Shown piece by piece: positions 8,906 through 15,438 of a stretch of 27,113 nt of DNA (position 1 is the stretch's first letter; each line of letters starts with the position of its first letter). This stretch comes from Polyangiaceae bacterium LLY-WYZ-15_(1-7) (GTDB lineage Bacteria > Myxococcota_A > Polyangia > Polyangiales > Houyiibacteriaceae). The notes beneath the pieces were generated by a model that was given only the letters and a program-made list of their open reading frames with translations, was not told the origin of the DNA and searched no databases. Position numbers and translations under genes: made by a program. The stretch lies in the NCBI GenBank assembly GCA_031800675.1, contig DAPKRU010000126.1, forward strand, positions 1-27,113, in the 5' to 3' direction.

Positions 8906-9043
8906 CGACGCCGGAGAGAGTGGCGCGGCCGGGCCGCGCTCGGATGTCGTGCACATACCACGGGCGCGGCGGCCGAGCCACGAAGGCCCCGCCGCCGGAT
9001 TGCCCCTTTCGCCGCCCGCGCCGCGCGGTATGCTCGGCGCCCC

Positions 9044-9742
9044 ATGGCCACCGCGCGAACGCTCGAGCTCACGGACCCGATCAAGCGCCGCCTGCTGCAC
9101 CTGCGCTACGTGAGCGGCACGAAGACCGACCCGACGCTCGACGCGGCCCTCGTCGAGGACGTCGAGAAGACCCTCGGCCTGAAGCTCGGCGACAACCTGC
9201 TCGCGCTCCTCGCGAACGGCGACGTCGCCCTCGAGGGCTTCGACGTGCGCCTGCAGAACGTCGTCTCGCTGACCAAGGAGCTCCACGCGAGCGGCGGCCC
9301 GCGCGGCATGGTCGGCCTCGGGCGCGACCCGGGCGGCGACGTGCTCGTGGCGGCGCCCCTCGGCGGGAAGGGTGTCGCCTTCTTCGACACGCGCGACCGC
9401 TCGATCGACGCCGTGCCTCTCGAGGCGTGGCTCGACGAGCTGGTGGGCACGCAGCTCGAGCAGCTCCGCGAGGACGAGTCGGACGACAAGGCGCGCGCGT
9501 TCAAGTCCGTGCACGACGAGGACCTCGGGGGCTTCCGGCCGGCGCTCGTCGTGGACGAGACGCCCGCCAAGCGGGTCTCGCACCCGAAGTTCGGCGGCGG
9601 CGCGATCCTGCGCGAGCTGGACGGCGGCGCGAAGCTCGAGGTGCGCTTCGACGACGGATCGAAGCGCACGCTGCTCGCGCGCTTCCTCACCCGCCAGGGC
9701 GGCGGGGAGGAACCTTCGGGGGACGCGGGCGCGGAGGCCTGA
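9044..9742 (+). CDS. Hypothetical protein with a C-terminal UvrD-C/DUF3553-like motif and a possible SMI1/KNR4 (SUKH)-like N-region
   Basis: The C-terminus HPKFGGGAILRELDGGAKLEVRFDDGSKRTLLARFL resembles the helicase C-terminal Tudor-like motif. The N-terminus has a VEKTLGLKLGDNLLALLANGD stretch reminiscent of SUKH immunity proteins. It is the only plus-strand gene inside the tRNA array. Confidence 0.5.
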   Translation: MATARTLELTDPIKRRLLHLRYVSGTKTDPTLDAALVEDVEKTLGLKLGDNLLALLANGDVALEGFDVRLQNVVSLTKELHASGGPRGMVGLGRDPGGDVLVAAPLGGKGVAFFDTRDRSIDAVPLEAWLDELVGTQLEQLREDESDDKARAFKSVHDEDLGGFRPALVVDETPAKRVSHPKFGGGAILRELDGGAKLEVRFDDGSKRTLLARFLTRQGGGEEPSGDAGAEA

Positions 9743-9912
9743 GGAGGCCGGCGAGGAAGCTCGAGCGTGGAGGCTCGGCGCCGCCTCGCCCCGGCGGACG
9801 TGCCGGCCGCCGCCCTGTTCGAGAGCGGGAGGGCCGGAGCAGGTCGACCGAGCGGGCAGCCCGAGCGTGTCTGCTCCATGAGGCGCGGCGAGCCCGGACG
9901 GTTCGCGCGGCG

Positions 9913-9986
9913 TGGTGCGAGAAGCGGGACTCGAACCCACATCTTCGGCGTGGCGCACCGGTGTCCTGCCGTTGGACGATTCTCGC
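9913..9986 (-). tRNA. tRNA-Gly-like (anticodon GCC), non-canonical anticodon loop
   Basis: Acceptor GCGAGAA/TTCTCGC 7/7. T-arm GTGGG-TTCGAGT-CCCGC. Anticodon loop GCGCCAC has C at position 33 and a 27:43 C-A mismatch. CCA is encoded. Confidence 0.5.
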
Positions 9987-10016
9987 GGAGGCGCGGCCCG
10001 GAGCGCGGGCCGCGGG

Positions 10017-10088
10017 AGCGACGAGCGGGAGTCGAACCCACATCTCCGACATGGCCAGCCGGTGTCTTGTCCATTGGACGATCGTCGC
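10017..10088 (-). tRNA. tRNA-Gly-like (anticodon GCC), non-canonical anticodon loop
   Basis: Acceptor GCGACGA/TCGTCGC 7/7. T-arm GTGGG-TTCGACT-CCCGC. Anticodon arm CCGGC-TGGCCAT-GTCGG with G at position 33. Confidence 0.5.
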
Positions 10089-10184
10089 AGACGCGCCTCC
10101 GAAGAGGCGCGGTGCCTCGCCTCCCCCCGCGGGTGCGAGGAGGGGCGCGGCGTGGCCGCTGGAGCAGCCGGGAGGAACGACGAG

Positions 10185-11015
10185 TCAGCGCTCGTCTTCC
10201 AGGAGCTCGAGGTCCTTCAGGCCGACCACGAAGCGCCCGCCGGAGCGGGCCATGGTCGCGAGGGTCTCGAGCTGGCGAAGCTTCAGCAGGGCCGGGTGCG
10301 CGGCGAGGGCCTCGGCCTGCTCGACCTCGGCCCGGAGCGCGACGCGCTGGCGTTCCAGCTCGGCCGCCGAGCGCTCCTTCTCCGCCTCGAGCTCGAGGTG
10401 GAGCCGCTCGCGCTCGGCCTCGAGGCGACGCCGCTGCGCCTCCTCGTCGGCCCGGGCGGCCAGCTTGCGGGCCTCGATGTCCTTGCGCTGCTGGATGAGC
10501 TTCGCCTCCGCGCGGCGCTCGGTCTCGAGGACCTGGTTCATGATCGTCTTGAGGTTCCCCGGGAAGACGAGATCCTTCACGTCCGCCCGGTGGATCTCGA
10601 CGCCGTAGCCCTGCGCCGCGTCCTTGACGGTCTCGCGGACCGCGTCCGAGATCTCGTTGCGGTCGCTGAGGATCGCGTCGAGGTCGCGGCTCGCGAGGAA
10701 GCGGCGCGCAGCGAGCTGCACGTCCTCGTAGATGCGCGCCTCGTAGTCGGCGACGTGGTGCTTGGCGGCGACCGGGTCGACGACCTCGAAGTAGACGAGG
10801 AGCGAGACGCGGATCGCGACCTTGTCGCGGGTCAGGATCTCCTGGCCCTTGATGACGAGGGAGCGCTCGCGGAGGTCGACGAGGTCGACGCGGCGGACCT
10901 TGCGGTCGAAGAGGCCGCCGCCCAGGGGATGGCGGCCGGGGGGGAGGGCGTCCTCGTAGACGCCGTCCACGTAGAGGAGCCCGACGTGGGCGTTCGGAAC
11001 GACGAAGTGCGACAT
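10185..11015 (-). CDS. SPFH/band-7 (stomatin/prohibitin-like) domain protein
   Basis: Start MSHFVVPNAHVGLLYVDGVY (cat at 11013-11015) is preceded by a GGAGGTG RBS. The SPFH core is ILTRDKVAIRVSLLVYFEVVDP. The C-terminus is a coiled coil rich in E/R/A. Confidence 0.8.
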   Translation of the reverse strand: MSHFVVPNAHVGLLYVDGVYEDALPPGRHPLGGGLFDRKVRRVDLVDLRERSLVIKGQEILTRDKVAIRVSLLVYFEVVDPVAAKHHVADYEARIYEDVQLAARRFLASRDLDAILSDRNEISDAVRETVKDAAQGYGVEIHRADVKDLVFPGNLKTIMNQVLETERRAEAKLIQQRKDIEARKLAARADEEAQRRRLEAERERLHLELEAEKERSAAELERQRVALRAEVEQAEALAAHPALLKLRQLETLATMARSGGRFVVGLKDLELLEDER

Positions 11016-11191
11016 GGTGCACCTCCTGGGGAAAGGGGTGGAAAGGGAGGCCGAGCGCCTACGCAGTGGCAAGACGTAGAACGGGGAGCTCCGGCGGGAC
11101 GCGCCGGAGGGGCCGGACCAGTACGAGTGGCCTGATCTCTTGGAAGGAGAGACTCGCTCCGGCCCCGCTACTTCCATGGGGCGCTCGGCGG

Positions 11192-11262
11192 TGCGGTGAG
11201 GGGGAATCGAACCCCCGTCTCCAGGATGGGACTCTGGTGTCGTGCCGTTGGACCATCACCGC
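11192..11262 (-). tRNA. tRNA-Gly (anticodon CCC)
   Basis: Acceptor GCGGTGA/TCACCGC 7/7. T-arm GGGGG-TTCGATT-CCCCC. Anticodon loop GTCCCAT with a 31:39 mismatch. Confidence 0.6.
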
Positions 11263-11351
11263 AGGCGGGGTGCCCCGGAGGCGGGTGCACCCCTCATCGC
11301 TCCTCCGCACGAGCTCCGGTGCCGCCCACCGAAGGAAACAGAGGACCGGGG

Positions 11352-11381
11352 TCGCGACGCCGTCGTCAGCAGAGGCGTCGC
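11352..11381 (-). terminator. GC-rich hairpin (9-bp stem CGCGACGCC/GGCGTCGCG) immediately 3' of tRNA-Ser(GCT); possible terminator or processing structure
   Basis: Read directly. On the minus strand it is followed by tcctctgtttcctt. Confidence 0.3.
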
Positions 11382-11385
11382 GCCG

Positions 11386-11471
11386 GCGGAGAACGGAGGT
11401 CTCGAACCCCACACCCACGCGGGTGCGCACGGTTTAGCAAACCGGCCTGGCCGCCCGGCCAGTTCGTTCTC
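11386..11471 (-). tRNA. tRNA-Ser (anticodon GCT), type II (long variable arm)
   Basis: Acceptor GGAGAAC/GTTCTCC 7/7. T-arm TGGGG-TTCGAGA-CCTCC. Anticodon loop TTGCTAA. Variable-arm helix CACCC-GCGT-GGGTG. Confidence 0.65.
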
Positions 11472-11514
11472 CAGAGGCCTCGAGGGAGGCCGAGGCGCGC
11501 CCGAAGGCGCACCG

Positions 11515-11606
11515 GCACGCCGGCCAGGAATCGAACCCGACTCACCGGATTTGGAATCCGAGCTGCTCCCAGAGCACCGACGTATGAGCTCCCGAGCGAC
11601 CCGGCG
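11515..11606 (-). tRNA. tRNA-Trp-like (anticodon CCA), atypically long (92 nt) with about 20 extra nt between the acceptor and anticodon arms
   Basis: Acceptor ACGCCGG/CCGGCGT 7/7. T-arm TCGGG-TTCGATT-CCTGG. Anticodon arm TCGGA-TTCCAAA-TCCGG. The D-region is 39 nt instead of about 19. Confidence 0.4.
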
Positions 11607-11755
11607 TCGTTCGACGGGGCCGTCGTGATCGTCTCGAGCGACGCGAGCGCCTGCGCCCGCGCCGGCCCTCGTGGACCGCCCCCACGCTCTCGTTCGAAGA
11701 GCGTGCGAGCGAAGCGAGGGCGAGGGGGAGAGCGGCCCCTCCATGAACGCGGCGG

Positions 11756-11842
11756 CGGAGAGCAGAGGACTCGCACCCCACGCCCGCGAAGGCGCGCACC
11801 GCTTTCGAGGCGGGCTCGGTGGCCTGCACCGATTTGCTCTCC
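11756..11842 (-). tRNA. tRNA-Ser-like (anticodon CGA), type II, with a non-canonical T-loop TGCGAGT
   Basis: Acceptor GGAGAGC/GCTCTCC 7/7. Anticodon arm CCGC-CTCGAAA-GCGG. The T-loop has G at position 55, so it may be a pseudogene. It shares architecture with the Ser(GCT) tRNA at 11386-11471. Confidence 0.45.
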
Positions 11843-11850
11843 AGGGTCGG

Positions 11851-11934
11851 CGGAAGCGAGAGGACTCGAACCCCACGCCCATGGGCGCGCATCCGCTTCC
11901 AACGGAGCCTGGTCCCCCGACCAGCTTCGCTTCC
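11851..11934 (-). tRNA. tRNA-Ser (anticodon GGA), type II
   Basis: Acceptor GGAAGCG/CGCTTCC 7/7. T-loop TTCGAGT. Anticodon loop TTGGAAG. Variable-arm helix CGCCC-AT-GGGCG. Confidence 0.65.
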
Positions 11935-11959
11935 ATCGATCGCGCTCCGCAGAGCGCGG

Positions 11960-12031
11960 TCGGGGTGGCAGGAGTCGAACCTGCACCTTCCCGGCCCCCA
12001 GCCGGGCGTCTTCCCCCAAGACTTCACCCCG
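11960..12031 (-). tRNA. tRNA-Pro (anticodon GGG)
   Basis: Acceptor CGGGGTG/CACCCCG 7/7. D-stem GTCT/AGAC. Anticodon arm CCCGG-CTGGGGG-CCGGG with G37. T-arm GCAGG-TTCGACT-CCTGC. Confidence 0.75.
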
Positions 12032-12185
12032 AGGGCTCCGCCGGCGCCGGCGGAGGGGCGTCACCCGCTGGGCGACGCGAAGAAAGGACCGGGAGGGAGG
12101 CGCGCGTTCCCGCGGCGTTCGTTGGCGCGCCCCCCTCCCGGAGGGCCCGCGCCGGGACCATTCCCGACGCGGAAGGCGCTCCCCA

Positions 12186-12704
12186 TCAGGCGAGCGCCGA
12201 GGTCCAGGACATCCACGTCCGCCAGTGCTGCGGGATGTGCGAGACGTCGAGGTGCAGCGTGCCCCCGGGCAGCCACTTCGGCCGACGCGGCGCCTTGCGG
12301 AGCGGCATCTTCGCCTGCTGCGGCGTCCGGTCCGCCTTCCGCTCGTTGCAGCGGCGGCACGCGGTCACGATGTTCTCCCACGTCGTGGTGCCGCCCTGGG
12401 CGCGCGGCAGGACGTGGTCGTACGTCAGGTCACGCATCGGCAGCTTCTCGCCGCAGTACTGGCAGCTGAAGCCGTCCCGCAGGAAGACGTTCAGGCGCGA
12501 GAACTTGATGCGGTGCTGGCGGAAGCGGTTCCCCTGGCGGAGGCGCACGACGGCGGGCATGCGCATCGCGAGGCTGACGGAACGGATGACGTCCTCGTAC
12601 TCCTCCACGACGTCGGCCTTGCCCACGTACAGGAGCGTGACGGCCTTCTGCCAGGGGACGATTTGGTGCGGTTGGTAGCCTTGGTCGAGAACGAGCGTGC
12701 GCAT
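12186..12704 (-). CDS. HNH endonuclease embedded in the tRNA array
   Basis: HNH motif: DHVLPRAQGGTTTWENIVTACRRCNERKADR with upstream Cys pair CQYCGEKL. Start MRTLVLDQGYQ (cat at 12702-12704) is preceded by an AGGAGAT RBS. Confidence 0.8.
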   Translation of the reverse strand: MRTLVLDQGYQPHQIVPWQKAVTLLYVGKADVVEEYEDVIRSVSLAMRMPAVVRLRQGNRFRQHRIKFSRLNVFLRDGFSCQYCGEKLPMRDLTYDHVLPRAQGGTTTWENIVTACRRCNERKADRTPQQAKMPLRKAPRRPKWLPGGTLHLDVSHIPQHWRTWMSWTSALA

Positions 12705-12796
12705 GGCGAGATCTCCTGCGTGCCTGCGGCACGCGGTGGTGGACGAGACGGGTCGCCCCCGCGAAGGGGGACCCGCTGGCCGACCATTCGGCCGAG

Positions 12797-12826
12797 CGAC
12801 GCGCGGCGATCTCGTGCGCGTCGCGG
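12797..12826 (-). terminator. Perfect 9-bp inverted repeat GCGACGCGC...GCGCGTCGC abutting the 3' end of tRNA-Glu(CTC) and upstream of the HNH gene
   Basis: Read directly. Function unknown (terminator, processing or regulatory). Confidence 0.3.
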
Positions 12827-12899
12827 CGACGGATACGGGACTCGAACCCGTGTTTCCTGGCTGAGAACCAAGCGTCCTGGGCCACTAGACGAATCCGTC
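12827..12899 (-). tRNA. tRNA-Glu (anticodon CTC)
   Basis: Acceptor GACGGAT/ATCCGTC 7/7. Anticodon arm CTTGG-TTCTCAG-CCAGG. T-arm ACGGG-TTCGAGT-CCCGT. Confidence 0.7.
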
Positions 12900-12921
12900 G
12901 GGAGGCGGCTCGCGCCGCCGG

Positions 12922-13004
12922 TACCAGGGACAGGAGTCGAACCTGCATGCCTCGAGGGGCCACACGACCTCAGCGTGCTGCGTTTACCGTTTCGCCACCC
13001 TGGC
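12922..13004 (-). tRNA. tRNA-Leu (anticodon GAG), type II
   Basis: Acceptor GCCAGGG/CCCTGGT (G1-U72). Anticodon arm GCACG-CTGAGGT-CGTGT. Long variable arm CCTC-GAGG. T-arm GCAGG-TTCGACT-CCTGT. Confidence 0.65.
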
Positions 13005-13063
13005 GTGGCACGCCCGGTCGGGGCGCGTGTTCGTTCGCGGCGCAGAGCGCGCCGCCGCGTCGG

Positions 13064-13136
13064 TACGGGATCAGGGGATCGAACCCTGCTCCTCCGCCTC
13101 GTCATGGCGGCGTCGTCCCCAGACGACTCATCCCGT
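13064..13136 (-). tRNA. tRNA-Val (anticodon GAC)
   Basis: Acceptor ACGGGAT/ATCCCGT 7/7. D-stem GTCG/CGAC. Anticodon arm CCGCC-ATGACGA-GGCGG. T-arm CAGGG-TTCGATC-CCCTG. Position 8 is G. Confidence 0.7.
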
Positions 13137-13284
13137 GTGATCCGCGCCGGAGCTCGCCTCCGACGGGGGAGGGGCGAAGCTCAGCCCCGAGCGAGCGGTC
13201 CGAGAGCGGGAAGAGGAGGGCGGCCCGGTGTCTGCGGGCGCGCCCGTGGCGAGCGATGGCGCCGTGTCGTGCGAAGCGACCGCG

Positions 13285-13438
13285 CCCGCATCTGCCCGCT
13301 CGGCCCGGCCTCGCAGGCCGCGCTCGCCCGGACTCGAAGAACGGGGAGGCGCGTGCGAGCGAAGCGAGCGCGAGGGAGGGGGACCCGGCGGAGCTCGCCT
13401 CCGACGGGGGAGGGGCGAAGCTCAGCCCCTCCCATCAA
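13285..13438. repeat. Roughly 150-bp segmental repeat, copy 1 (GCCCGCATCTGCCCGCTCGGCC...GAGCTCGCCTCCGACGGGGGAGGGGCGAAGCTCAGCCCCTCC)
   Basis: Near-identical copy at 13775-13928. The 40-bp 3' core hairpin element GGAGCTCGCCTCCGACGGGGGAGGGGCGAAGCTCAGCCCC also occurs at 13149-13189. Confidence 0.75.
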
Positions 13439-13444
13439 TACCGG

Positions 13445-13526
13445 TACCGGAGACAGGAGTCGAACCTGCATGCCTCGAGGGCCACGCGTTCTGAGCGCGC
13501 TACGTATACCGTTCCGCCACTCCGGT
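13445..13526 (-). tRNA. tRNA-Leu (anticodon CAG), type II
   Basis: Acceptor ACCGGAG/CTCCGGT 7/7. Anticodon arm GCGCG-CTCAGAA-CGCGT. Paralogous to Leu(GAG), sharing the same D and T arms. Confidence 0.7.
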
Positions 13527-13549
13527 GCATGGACGGCCGAAGCCGTCGG

Positions 13550-13621
13550 CGACGCGTACGGGAATCGAACCCGTCTCACCCCGGAGACAACGGGGCTGCA
13601 TACCCAGATGCACAACGCGCC
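13550..13621 (-). tRNA. tRNA-Asp (anticodon GTC)
   Basis: Acceptor GGCGCGT/ACGCGTC (one G-U). D-stem TGCA/TGCA. Anticodon arm CCCCG-TTGTCTC-CGGGG. T-arm ACGGG-TTCGATT-CCCGT. Confidence 0.75.
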
Positions 13622-13650
13622 ATGATCGATGAGCTCGCTCGCGCGAGCGG

Positions 13651-13730
13651 TGCTGGAGGCAGGAGTCGAACCTGCACGCCCGAGGGCCACGTGGTTTGAG
13701 CACGCTGCGTCTCCCGTTCCGCCACTCCAG
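13651..13730 (-). tRNA. tRNA-Leu (anticodon CAA), type II
   Basis: Acceptor GCTGGAG/CTCCAGC 7/7. Anticodon loop CTCAAAC. Long variable arm. T-arm GCAGG-TTCGACT-CCTGC. Confidence 0.7.
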
Positions 13731-13774
13731 CGCCGAGCCGCCGCGGACCGCGTCGTCGCCACCGGGGCTCGGGC

Positions 13775-13928
13775 GGCCGCCCCCGCATCTGCCCGCTCGG
13801 CCCGCCTCGCAGGCCGCGTTCGCCCGGACTCGAAGAACGGGGTGGTGCGTGCGAGCGAAGCGAGCGCGAGGGAGGGGGACCCGTCGGAGCTCGCCTCCGA
13901 CGGGGGAGGGGCGAAGCTCAGCCCCTCC
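13775..13928. repeat. Roughly 150-bp segmental repeat, copy 2
   Basis: Aligns with 13285-13438 with a few substitutions. Confidence 0.75.
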
Positions 13929-13938
13929 AAGAACGCCG

Positions 13939-13986
13939 CGCCACGTGGTTTGAGCACGCTGCGTCTCCCGTTCCGCCACTCCAGCG
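13939..13986 (-). pseudogene. Truncated tRNA-Leu(CAA) fragment: the 5' half (acceptor through anticodon arm and part of the variable arm) is duplicated without the T-arm or 3' acceptor
   Basis: ccacgtggtttgagcacgctgcgtctcccgttccgccactccagcgcc is identical to 13688-13733. Its downstream flank gccgagccgccgcggaccgcgtcgtcgccacc is also duplicated. Confidence 0.7.
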
Positions 13987-14089
13987 CCGAGCCGCCGCGG
14001 ACCGCGTCGTCGCCACCTGGGCTCGGGGGCTCCGGCTCGCAGACGGACCGGCTGCTTCCGCGAAGGTCGGCGCCTGGGCGTCGACCTCG

Positions 14090-14162
14090 GTACGGGGCCA
14101 GGGAATCGAACCCTGCTCGTCCGCCTCGTGACGGCGGCGTCGTCCCCAGACGACTCGCCCCG
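14090..14162 (-). tRNA. tRNA-Val (anticodon CAC)
   Basis: Acceptor GCGGGGC/GCCCCGT (G1-U72). Anticodon arm CCGCC-GTCACGA-GGCGG. Paralogous to Val(GAC). Confidence 0.7.
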
Positions 14163-14163
14163 C

Positions 14164-14233
14164 ATGGCTGCGGAGAGACTCGAACTCTCGCGGCCGCCCG
14201 TATGAGAGGCGTCGGCCGTCCTCGGCCCGCAGC
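14164..14233 (-). tRNA. tRNA-Met (anticodon CAT), short (70 nt) with a compact D-arm
   Basis: Acceptor GGCTGCG/CGCAGCC 7/7. Anticodon arm CGCCT-CTCATAC-GGGCG. T-arm GAGAG-TTCGAGT-CTCTC. Separated from the previous tRNA by 1 nt. Confidence 0.55.
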
Positions 14234-14269
14234 CGTTCGTGATGGCGGGTCGCCGCGAAGCGACCGCCG

Positions 14270-14342
14270 GCGCTTCCGCCAGGATTCGAACCTGGAACTC
14301 GGGTTTCGTAGACCCGCGTGATGATCCGTTTCACCACGGAAG
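14270..14342 (-). tRNA. tRNA-Arg (anticodon ACG)
   Basis: Acceptor GCTTCCG/CGGAAGC 7/7. D-stem GTGA/TCAC. Anticodon arm CGGGT-CTACGAA-ACCCG. T-arm CCAGG-TTCGAAT-CCTGG. Confidence 0.75.
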
Positions 14343-14435
14343 CAGGCGCCGCCCGCGGGCGGCACGAAGAGTGGGCGAGGGCGAGCGCACGGCACCGCGC
14401 GCCGAACGCGCGGGCGGTGATCGTCTCCTCGCCGG

Positions 14436-14503
14436 AGTGCCGAGTGGGAGTCGAACCCACCTTCGCCGGGTTGCAGCCGGCGGCGTTCCCAGAACACCGG
14501 CAC
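14436..14503 (-). tRNA. tRNA-Cys (anticodon GCA), compact (68 nt)
   Basis: Acceptor GTGCCGG/TCGGCAC (one G-U). Anticodon arm GCCGG-CTGCAAC-CCGGC. T-arm GTGGG-TTCGACT-CCCAC. Very short D-arm. Confidence 0.55.
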
Positions 14504-14510
14504 GCGATGG

Positions 14511-14582
14511 CGCTCCCCCCAGGGCTCGAACCTGGAACGCGGGCTCCGCACGCCCGAGTGATTCCGCTTTCACCAGAGAAGC
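14511..14582 (-). tRNA. tRNA-Arg (anticodon GCG)
   Basis: Acceptor GCTTCTC/GGGGAGC (two G-U). D-stem GTGA/TCAC. Anticodon arm CGGGC-GTGCGGA-GCCCG. T-arm CCAGG-TTCGAGC-CCTGG. Confidence 0.55.
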
Positions 14583-14644
14583 ATCGGCACCCTCGCTCCG
14601 ACTCGGCCGGATGGAGAGCGCACGCGAAGGCGCCGAAGCGCCGG

Positions 14645-14718
14645 TCCGTGTGGACGGATTCGAACCGCCGGCCTCCCCGACCCGAACGGGGCGCTCCTCC
14701 AGCCTGAGCTACACACGG
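14645..14718 (-). tRNA. tRNA-Pro (anticodon CGG)
   Basis: Acceptor CCGTGTG/CACACGG 7/7. D-stem GCTC/GAGC. Anticodon arm CCCCG-TTCGGGT-CGGGG. T-arm GGCGG-TTCGAAT-CCGTC. Confidence 0.75.
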
Positions 14719-14780
14719 AGGATCTCTCTCGAGCGCGGCGCCGAAGCTCCGCCATGAAGAAGCGGAGCCGAGCTCCGCGG

Positions 14781-14851
14781 CACTCCCGCCACGATTCGAA
14801 CGTGGACTTCAGGCTCCGGAAACCTGCGTGATTCCCTTTCACTACGGGAGC
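14781..14851 (-). tRNA. tRNA-Arg (anticodon CCG)
   Basis: Acceptor GCTCCCG/CGGGAGT (G1-U72). D-stem GTGA/TCAC. Anticodon arm CAGGT-TTCCGGA-GCCTG. T-arm CCACG-TTCGAAT-CGTGG. Confidence 0.7.
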
Positions 14852-14855
14852 GTGG

Positions 14856-14930
14856 TGACGCGTGGGGGATTCGAACCCCCGCCTCCCCGGCTGAAAACCG
14901 GGTGTCCTGGTGCCGCTAGACGAACGCGCC
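14856..14930 (-). tRNA. tRNA-Glu (anticodon TTC)
   Basis: Acceptor GGCGCGT/ACGCGTC. Anticodon arm CCCGG-TTTTCAG-CCGGG. T-arm GGGGG-TTCGAAT-CCCCC. Confidence 0.7.
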
Positions 14931-14942
14931 GGAATCGTCTGG

Positions 14943-15014
14943 AGCCCATGCCGGGACTCGCACCCGGCTCTCCGCCTTACGAGGGCGGCGCGTCGCTACC
15001 TACGCTTCGAGGGC
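14943..15014 (-). tRNA. tRNA-Thr-like (anticodon CGT), possible pseudogene
   Basis: Anticodon arm CCGCC-CTCGTAA-GGCGG. The T-loop is TGCGAGT (non-canonical). The acceptor GCCCTCG/CATGGGC has two adjacent mismatches. Paralog of the Thr(GGT) tRNA at 15138-15209. Confidence 0.4.
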
Positions 15015-15137
15015 AGGAGCGCGTCTTCCGACCCCGAAGCCCCCGCCGGAGCGGAGCCGCGGAGCCGGAAGGCGCGCTGGGAGAGGTCGGCGCCCCTCCC
15101 GCGGGAACGAACAACGAACGACAACTCGAGAGATGGA

Positions 15138-15209
15138 GCCCCCGCCGGGAATCGAACCCGGCTCTCCGCCTTACCGGGGCGGTGCGTCGCCGACTACGCA
15201 TCGTGGGCA
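15138..15209 (-). tRNA. tRNA-Thr (anticodon GGT), C at position 33
   Basis: Acceptor GCCCACG/CGGGGGC (one mismatch). D-stem GCGT/ACGC. Anticodon arm CCGCC-CCGGTAA-GGCGG. T-arm CCGGG-TTCGATT-CCCGG. Confidence 0.55.
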
Positions 15210-15236
15210 TGGCGCGGCGCCGGGCGCCGTCGCGGT

Positions 15237-15308
15237 GGAGATGGCGGGAATCGAACCCGCGGCCTCAGCCGTGCCATGGCTGCGCTCTCCCCCTGAGCTA
15301 CATCCCCT
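15237..15308 (-). tRNA. tRNA-Ala (anticodon GGC)
   Basis: Acceptor GGGGATG/CATCTCC with G3-U70 (Ala identity pair). D-stem GCTC/GAGC. Anticodon arm CAGCC-ATGGCAC-GGCTG. T-arm GCGGG-TTCGATT-CCCGC. Confidence 0.75.
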
Positions 15309-15336
15309 CTCGAACGCGCCCCGTTCGGCGCGCGGT

Positions 15337-15409
15337 GGAACCGGCGGGACTCGAACCCGCAGTCTCCGGCTTGCGACACCGGCGCCCTCCCCGTTGGGCC
15401 ACGATCCCT
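15337..15409 (-). tRNA. tRNA-Ala (anticodon CGC)
   Basis: Acceptor GGGATCG/CGGTTCC with G3-U70. D-stem GCCC/GGGC. Anticodon arm CCGGT-GTCGCAA-GCCGG. T-arm GCGGG-TTCGAGT-CCCGC. Confidence 0.7.
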
Positions 15410-15438
15410 CGCGAACGCTCCCCTCGCGGGGCGCGCGG

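Noticed and set aside
13330-13350. Additional tRNA-like T-arm remnant (GGACTCGAAGAACGGGG) inside the 150-bp repeat
   Set aside because: The flanking stem halves are not complementary and no acceptor pairing could be found. It may be a decayed tRNA but is not callable.
8510-13625. Very long ORFs spanning the tRNA array (8510-9958 minus, 9106-11022 minus, 11196-13625 plus, 11671-12678 plus and others)
   Set aside because: They run straight through multiple tRNA genes and the SPFH and HNH genes, with Arg/Pro/Gly-rich low-complexity translations. They are artefacts of GC-rich sequence.
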